The position numbers and the translations under genes are program-made. A stretch of DNA of 64,000 nucleotides from an uncultured Christensenellaceae bacterium. Its GTDB lineage: Bacteria; Bacillota; Clostridia; Christensenellales; Borkfalkiaceae. The stretch covers positions 120,928 through 184,927 of the forward strand of contig CAJUSA010000002.1 of NCBI GenBank assembly GCA_910589015.1, in the 5' to 3' direction. The notes under the pieces are model-generated. The model worked only from the letters and a program-made list of their open reading frames with translations. It ran no database searches and had not been told where the DNA came from. This document shows, in pieces, positions 57,970-64,000 of this stretch (the first letter of the stretch is position 1; every line of letters starts with the position of its first letter).

Positions 57970-60282
57970 TTATTCTTCTTTGCCGCTTTTTCTCTTCTTG
58001 ACGATCACTGCCGTCGTGATCATGGTTGCCAGCGCCGCCATGCCGAGCACGGAAGAAACCGTAGCGACAACCGACGAGCCGCACCCCTTGGAAGGTTTCT
58101 TATCGTCCTCTTCGGGCGGGGTCGCCGTTCCGCCGCCGAACGACTGATCGGAAATGCCGACCGCAAATTCATATGCGTTTTCTTCGTCGCCTTCGGCGTA
58201 TACGCGGATTTTATAATCTGCCTGCATATTGCCCGAAGTCACTTCGTTTCCGCTTGCATCGACGATCTTCAAAGCGTAGTTGCCGTAAGGATACACGTTT
58301 TCTTTGAAATGGGCTACGGGCATACCGTTTGAAACCGTGATTGCGTTTTCTTCGAATCTGATATTTTCCGTATCGACCGTACCGAGCACGTCGGCCGGCG
58401 TCGTTGCCTTCATCTGAGACAGTTCTTCCATGCTTGTTTCATACATGGATATGCCGCCCAAGTTGATCCCGCCTACAAAAACAAGATTGCCGTCCTCGCC
58501 CTGTTGCGCCGCTTCGTCGAATCCGACCAGAATCGTATAGGTTTCGTCCCGATCGACGGAAAAGATAAGATTGATAGGACGGTAGTACATGTCGCTGTCG
58601 ATAAAGGCGCTCTGCTTGGCAACCACTTCGAGTTCGCCGTACTTTTCCATCGCCTGATCGGCAAATCCGCCGTTCCACAGATTCATGCCGTCGCTCAGAA
58701 TTTTGTGCGTCGCTCTGTCTGTACCTCGAATGACAAGTATGCTTGCAGGGGAAGGAAGATTGACCCAGGATTCCACATACGCGGTTACTTTGTAGAGTTT
58801 ACCTGCCGTAAGCTGTGCGCTCTGCATCAAACCCACATAGGGATACCATTGATTCACACCCAGATTATGATGCGAAATATATGCCTGATCGTCTTCGTTG
58901 CACCAACCGTTTGAAATATACCAGCCGTCCTCTGCGGCGGAAAAATCACCGTTTTCAAAGAGGTTGGTTTTTCCTTCGGGAACGTCGAGTTTGTTTTCAT
59001 AGAACAGGCAGTCGTCAACATAGAGGCAGTTCCCCCACTGTCCGCCGTTCGCAGATTCGAATTTGATAAAGGGATAGACGGTCGTGTTGTCGCCCGAATT
59101 TGCATAAACGCCGAACATGGCATACCTTGCACGGGAAATATCGGCACCGTTTACGACTTTACTTTTCAGCACCGTTTCTTTATCCGCCGCGTAAATTCCC
59201 ACGGTAACGCGCTGAATACCCTGCGCCGTGACGCCGTTTTCTTCGTCGGCAGCCCTCTTGGCGTCGCCGTATTTCGAAAGATTGACCGAGAACGAATAAT
59301 TGGTATTCTCTTTTACCGAAACGGGCTGACCGATCGTAATATTATCTTCCGTCGTAAATCCGTCTTTTGCCGCAAGATACAGCGTATTGACGCCTTCCAT
59401 CTGCTTATCCTGCGTGGAACGCATGTAGGTTGCCATATCAAGCGGATCGATCCCGATTTCCGAACCCGCCGATGCCGTATCGGCAAGTTTTTCCCAACCG
59501 CCCGCAAGCGGTTCCGCCTTCGAACTTTCTTCGAATCCGCCGTTTCGCAACAGATTTTCGCTGCCCGCGGGAAGAAGATTACCCTCGTAGGTGACCGAAA
59601 CGTCGTCAATAACGATCGCCGATTTTTCTACGCGGATAAACAGACGGCATTCCGTTTCGTTCCCCGTAGTAAAATGGGCGTTGTAGAGGGAATATGCCGA
59701 GTATTCGTCGGAGTCCGTCTCGTCGGCAGGGTTCACAAGCGTAATCGCGTCGCTCTGCAGGTTGTGATCGGCATCGACTGCCGTATCGTTCCATCTGTGA
59801 AGCTGCCCATAAATGGTTTCGCCGTCGCGTTCCGCCGACGCAAGCCCGAAGAAAATATTGTTGACGTACGCGCTTCTTACGCGCATGGCAACATAATAGG
59901 CGGTGTTGGGAAGCACAGTGATTTTCTGGGATATTTCGGGATACCCGCTCTTATTGCCCTCGGCGTGAAGTTGAAAGGCGTTTTCGCCCGTATAGCCGTC
60001 GTCGACAATGGCGACCGAACCGCCCTTGCCCGCCGAAGACGATGAAATATCGATGTCCCATGCGCCTGCCTTATTGTCCGCAATGCTAACGCCTTCGAAA
60101 CTACCATCCTGAATGAGGTTGGAAGTCAGCACGTTATCGTTTTCTTTTATTGTTTCCTCGCTCACGCCGTAAGCGCCCGCCTGCATGATCCCCGCCGCGG
60201 GAATCGCCGAGAGCATCAACGCCGCCACTACCGCAATGCCTGCCGCCTTGCCCAATGCTTTGGTCTTTGTTCCTGTTTTCAT
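57970..60282 (-). CDS. Cell-surface protein with three CBM4/9/22-like modules and a C-terminal TM anchor
   Basis: Signal peptide (AAGIMQAGAYG). Three modules open with NLIQDGSFEG, NLLRNGGFEE and NLFENGDFSA. The C-terminus reads GCGSS, then a 24-aa hydrophobic stretch, then KKRKSGKEE. I see no catalytic domain. Confidence 0.7.
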   Translation of the reverse strand: MKTGTKTKALGKAAGIAVVAALMLSAIPAAGIMQAGAYGVSEETIKENDNVLTSNLIQDGSFEGVSIADNKAGAWDIDISSSSAGKGGSVAIVDDGYTGENAFQLHAEGNKSGYPEISQKITVLPNTAYYVAMRVRSAYVNNIFFGLASAERDGETIYGQLHRWNDTAVDADHNLQSDAITLVNPADETDSDEYSAYSLYNAHFTTGNETECRLFIRVEKSAIVIDDVSVTYEGNLLPAGSENLLRNGGFEESSKAEPLAGGWEKLADTASAGSEIGIDPLDMATYMRSTQDKQMEGVNTLYLAAKDGFTTEDNITIGQPVSVKENTNYSFSVNLSKYGDAKRAADEENGVTAQGIQRVTVGIYAADKETVLKSKVVNGADISRARYAMFGVYANSGDNTTVYPFIKFESANGGQWGNCLYVDDCLFYENKLDVPEGKTNLFENGDFSAAEDGWYISNGWCNEDDQAYISHHNLGVNQWYPYVGLMQSAQLTAGKLYKVTAYVESWVNLPSPASILVIRGTDRATHKILSDGMNLWNGGFADQAMEKYGELEVVAKQSAFIDSDMYYRPINLIFSVDRDETYTILVGFDEAAQQGEDGNLVFVGGINLGGISMYETSMEELSQMKATTPADVLGTVDTENIRFEENAITVSNGMPVAHFKENVYPYGNYALKIVDASGNEVTSGNMQADYKIRVYAEGDEENAYEFAVGISDQSFGGGTATPPEEDDKKPSKGCGSSVVATVSSVLGMAALATMITTAVIVKKRKSGKEE

Positions 60283-60312
60283 AACTTTCCTCCTGTTTTT
60301 TCTTTTTATTTT

Positions 60313-62130
60313 TTACTTCAAACGAAGTTCAAAATCATCAAGACGCACGACGTCGGAATCGTTTTTGCCCGTAAGCTGTACGCCGACTCTGACCTGCGTG
60401 TTATTGCCCGTGTTGAATACGAGCGTCACTTTGTACCAACCGCTCTGCGCTTCGACTGCCTGCGCACGAAGCACCATGCCCGAAGCGTTCCATACGGTCA
60501 GCTTCAAATCAGACGCAAAATTGCCGTTTACCTGCACCATGCATGAAAGTTCGTAGTTGGTATTCTTTCGTAACGTTCTGTTCGTCGGATTGAACAGATT
60601 GATCGCCGTACCGTTTTTCGCCGAGAGTTTGACGTTGCACAGACCCGAATAAGCCGTTTGTTCCATACATTCGATGTCAACGGACGAGCCGCCATCAGTC
60701 GACCAGCCGCCCTTAACGTAGCCCGCCGTGCCGTCGTTCTGGCACGTTTCGAATCCCGGTTCGGAAAGGTAGCGCAAACGCGCCATTTCTTCTTCGGTGT
60801 AACGGACGGGCTCGCCGAGCTCTTCTTTGGTGACTGTCTTTCCGCATTTGTATTCTTCGACCGTCGCATTCTTTGTCGATTCGGGAATGACAAGACTCAT
60901 TACGCCGTCTACCTTGACGACCCTGCCGCCCTGTTTTTCGACGACTTCTTTTACGAGTTCCACACACTTATCTGCCGCACCGTCCACCGTCAAACGGGTA
61001 TATTTGAAATACTGATTGTCGATGATTTGATTTTTGATGTTGGATTCCAGCCCTTCCCAACCGTTTATGACTGCAAGGATCCCCGCCGTTGCCGCCGCCG
61101 TCGAATCGCAGTCGTTGGCGCACTGCACGGTTATTTTTGTAGACGCTTCCAGATCGCCGTTCCCATAAAGCAAGCCGATCGTAGTAAACGCCGAACAGAG
61201 TTTGCCGTCGAGCATGATATGATCGGCAAACGGCCAATCGATCCATTGATACGGCGAACGGTATGTGTTGGTAACAGGATCGTAATCCGCCCATTTAAGC
61301 ATGATGGCATTAAAGTTCTCTTCCGCCGTCTTGCCGTCTTCTTTGTGTTTCAACACGTCGCGAATCACTTCCGCCGACCAGGAATCTTCGGGGATCGCAG
61401 CAAGCCCCGCGTTGACGATTTGCATGATATCGTCTGTAAAAAACGCCTCGCCGTACATTGCGGCAATGTATTGCGCCGAATAGATCCCATCGCCGTATGT
61501 GCAGATTTCCGCAAACCTTTGCACCAACTCGTTGCCCGCGCCCGTCATGTTCAAGCCGAGATACCCGCCGAACGATGCCCCGCACTGGTAACTGTTTCCG
61601 TCGGAAAAGGCATTTGTATAATATCCCGACGACTGTTTCGGATATCCCGAAAACGGCGGCGCAAACCCGCCCGCAAGCACATCGCTGTTCGACCCGTCCC
61701 AGAACTCGAAATTTTTATTATACATATAGATCCCAAGTTCCCTGCTTGCGGTATCGATCCCCAGTGCTCCGAGCGCTTCGATGGCGGTAATTGCCAGATA
61801 GACGTCATCCTGATCGTATCCGTTTGTCACGGTATTGGTTTTCCAGGACGGAAGGCGGCGCGCGTCGATCCAGTCTTTCGAGGCAAATTCCCACTTTTGC
61901 CCCTTGTTGAAATCGCGGTAACCGTAAGCAACGCCCGCCATAGAACCGACGATGCCCGCTTTCACTTTGTCACGGTAAGCATCGAGTGCAAGCACCGAGG
62001 TGGTGGCGGGAAGATCTTGCGACGATAAGTTATCCTCGCCGTTTTCCCCGCCGCATGCGGCGAGCGCGCACAAGCCCGAAGCCAACAGCAACGATGAAAG
62101 CGCGATGCTCATGAATTTCTTTCCCTGCAT
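60313..62130 (-). CDS. Lipoprotein with an ADP-ribosylglycohydrolase-fold domain and a C-terminal CBM-like module
   Basis: Lipobox LCALAAC. ARH-type motifs DQDDVYL and NDCDSTAAATAGILA. The last ~150 aa look like a beta-sandwich (VRLDDFELRLK end). Confidence 0.65.
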   Translation of the reverse strand: MQGKKFMSIALSSLLLASGLCALAACGGENGEDNLSSQDLPATTSVLALDAYRDKVKAGIVGSMAGVAYGYRDFNKGQKWEFASKDWIDARRLPSWKTNTVTNGYDQDDVYLAITAIEALGALGIDTASRELGIYMYNKNFEFWDGSNSDVLAGGFAPPFSGYPKQSSGYYTNAFSDGNSYQCGASFGGYLGLNMTGAGNELVQRFAEICTYGDGIYSAQYIAAMYGEAFFTDDIMQIVNAGLAAIPEDSWSAEVIRDVLKHKEDGKTAEENFNAIMLKWADYDPVTNTYRSPYQWIDWPFADHIMLDGKLCSAFTTIGLLYGNGDLEASTKITVQCANDCDSTAAATAGILAVINGWEGLESNIKNQIIDNQYFKYTRLTVDGAADKCVELVKEVVEKQGGRVVKVDGVMSLVIPESTKNATVEEYKCGKTVTKEELGEPVRYTEEEMARLRYLSEPGFETCQNDGTAGYVKGGWSTDGGSSVDIECMEQTAYSGLCNVKLSAKNGTAINLFNPTNRTLRKNTNYELSCMVQVNGNFASDLKLTVWNASGMVLRAQAVEAQSGWYKVTLVFNTGNNTQVRVGVQLTGKNDSDVVRLDDFELRLK

Positions 62131-62147
62131 TTTTATATCTCCTTATC

Positions 62148-64000
62148 TTAAAGTTCTTTGATCGAAAAACGGTTGAAGCGCACGACGCTGCCGTTGCCGA
62201 CGTAAGCGCCCACACAGCCGCGCCTTACCCCATGTATGCAATCGAAGGCTTTTTGCCCGTCGATCACAACCGAAACGACGCCGTTTTTGACGTCGACCGC
62301 AATATCCGCGCATCCGCCTTCTTTCAGTGCAACAGGGGCTTGCGCAAGAATTTTTTCGCCGTATTCGTAATCGACAAGCCGCACCGCATGATCGGCGAAG
62401 AGCAGGCGGGTCTGTCTGCCCGCGCCCTGCACGCCGAACAAAACACCGAACGTATCGCCTTTGACGCACGTCACGCGCGTTTGAAATTCAAACTCACCGA
62501 GCGGTTTTCCCGTGAACAGTTCGCCGTTTTCAAGACATCTGCCCGTCAGTTCGCCCTCTTCGAGTTCCCACACGCCGCGGTAATAGGTGCACCCCCGCAC
62601 TTCGCGGTGCTGCAAGGCATATTCTTCCATATACTCTTTGGAAAAATCAATTACATAATCGACCTTTCCTTTCCAGCTCAGCGACCGAAGGCGGACGATC
62701 CCGTCGCCTTTCACCGCCAGCCCGATTTTTGATACGAAGATTTCCCGCGCGCCTTCGATTTTCAGTTCGGTTGCGCCTTCTTCGGAATAGTTCCGCGTTC
62801 CGCTGTTCGCGTCCTCATAAAAGAGACGAACAGCCGCGCCGCCTTCCGCCTTATAGCTTGCGCGGATAATCTGTCCGCGATATGCTACGGGCGAAAATGC
62901 GGGATCGTAACGGTTATCGAACAGATCGTGTTTCCCGTAATAGGTTTTATAATACGCTGCGCTCTCGGCTCCTTCGGGCACGATTTCAAGTTCACCGCCG
63001 CCATTCTTCACCGACGCGTTCTCGCCGCGCATGCCGCTTACCGATCGGGGTAGCCGGAAATCGAGTTCCCATTCCCGCAAATCACCGTAAACTCTGTCTG
63101 CATATCTGCCTTCGTATTTCTGCCCGCGCATATCGCACGCCGTTCGGAAAATACGGTATACAAAGGTTGGAAGATTGACTATGTTGTCATAGCCGAGCAC
63201 TGAGGAACAGAGCGCCGTATCGCGCAACGGGGCGATCCACCGATCGTAATCGACGCCTTGCAATTGCGTAAAGACGCCCATGACCGTGCCGAGATTCCCC
63301 ACGTTGCAATCGGTATCGAATCCGCTGTAATTTGCTATTTTCAAGGTTTTAATAAAATCGCCGCCGCCGTATAAGAGCGAATAGACAATGATCGCCGCAT
63401 TCGGCAGTATGTGGCAGTTGCCGCCGAATCGATCTTTCCAGTAATGTTTTCGGATATAGGCAAAACATTCTTCCGCGCTTTTCCCCGAAGAGAAAAACTT
63501 CATGATATCGCGCACGATTTCCGCATACGGCGATGTTTGCGGGATCACGCTCAACGCCGCTTCGAGCAATTCGTTCACGCTCTCGGCAAGGAATGCCGCA
63601 GAGATCAACGCCGCGATGAATCTTCCCCCGTCCACGGCAACGCCGTCGTGCGAAACGCGCGCCGCAATTTCCGCCAAACGCGCGGCTTCCCGATAGTCAT
63701 ACGGGGAAACCAGCCCCCACACGTCGCTGAAAATTTGCCCGCCGATCTGCTCGGCAAGCACTTTGCCGTTCTGCGCGATACTTCCGCTTGCAGGCGGTTC
63801 GATTCCCTTTTGCAAATTCAGATAAGCGGTATGCTCTTCCGAAACGCCGTACCCGCCCCACCAGTAAAAGCCGTGCTCGTAAGGAACATAATTACGCCAG
63901 CAATTCGCCATATCTTCATACCCGTATTTAGAAAAATTCTTGCATTCTTCCAACGCGCGGAAGAAAAAAATCGGGCCGTTACTGTCGTCGTCGGCGGCAA
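62148..64000 (-). CDS. ADP-ribosylglycohydrolase-fold protein with a large C-terminal beta-sandwich region; 5' end lies outside the window
   Basis: The frame stays open to position 64000 (…AADDDSNGPIFFFRALEECKNF…). ARH motifs include VSHDGVAVDGGRFIAALISAAF and GFDTDCNVGNLGTVMG. The C-terminal ~300 aa are non-ARH. Confidence 0.65.
   Translation of the reverse strand, partial: AADDDSNGPIFFFRALEECKNFSKYGYEDMANCWRNYVPYEHGFYWWGGYGVSEEHTAYLNLQKGIEPPASGSIAQNGKVLAEQIGGQIFSDVWGLVSPYDYREAARLAEIAARVSHDGVAVDGGRFIAALISAAFLAESVNELLEAALSVIPQTSPYAEIVRDIMKFFSSGKSAEECFAYIRKHYWKDRFGGNCHILPNAAIIVYSLLYGGGDFIKTLKIANYSGFDTDCNVGNLGTVMGVFTQLQGVDYDRWIAPLRDTALCSSVLGYDNIVNLPTFVYRIFRTACDMRGQKYEGRYADRVYGDLREWELDFRLPRSVSGMRGENASVKNGGGELEIVPEGAESAAYYKTYYGKHDLFDNRYDPAFSPVAYRGQIIRASYKAEGGAAVRLFYEDANSGTRNYSEEGATELKIEGAREIFVSKIGLAVKGDGIVRLRSLSWKGKVDYVIDFSKEYMEEYALQHREVRGCTYYRGVWELEEGELTGRCLENGELFTGKPLGEFEFQTRVTCVKGDTFGVLFGVQGAGRQTRLLFADHAVRLVDYEYGEKILAQAPVALKEGGCADIAVDVKNGVVSVVIDGQKAFDCIHGVRRGCVGAYVGNGSVVRFNRFSIKEL

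Overview
This 64-kb window looks like chromosome from a moderately GC-rich, endospore-forming Bacillota (Clostridia-like) organism. The taxon call rests on yabP-yabQ-divIC and ytxC-thrS synteny and a T-box leader. GC content was judged by eye, not computed.

I support about 62 protein-coding genes, almost all housekeeping:
- Cell wall and ribosome: murB, rplI.
- Redox: a rex-adhE-[FeFe]-hydrogenase module.
- Translation: valS, gltX, thrS, leuS, typA, and secG-rnr-smpB.
- Biosynthesis: tyrA/aroA/aroK, thyA-folA, metY-metA, hom, coaX.
- Other: rho, two ABC transporters, and several small regulators.

I found no rRNA, tRNA, tmRNA, CRISPR array or intact mobile element. The only RNA element I can name is a threonine T-box leader upstream of thrS.

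Four things deserve a second look:
1. The right-hand end (57-64 kb) is the only clearly accessory-looking part. It carries an operon of two ADP-ribosylglycohydrolase-fold proteins (one an exported lipoprotein with a carbohydrate-binding-like tail) and a triple-CBM-like surface protein with an unusual C-terminal GCGSS-TM-KKRK anchor. A ribokinase gene sits next to it.
2. A conserved ~21-nt motif (sense form ATAGTACTATGTCACGCATAA) occurs six times, always in transcribed intergenic or junction positions and always in the sense orientation of local transcription.
3. An unclassified promoter-leader-terminator element lies in front of a Na/Pi cotransporter gene.
4. A membrane-tethered PadR-family regulator has a long coiled-coil region.

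Smaller oddities include two apparently leaderless mRNAs, long gene overlaps, a G9 tract inside traX and a small (Gly-Cys)4-tailed peptide. All family assignments come from motif recognition by eye. No database search was run.
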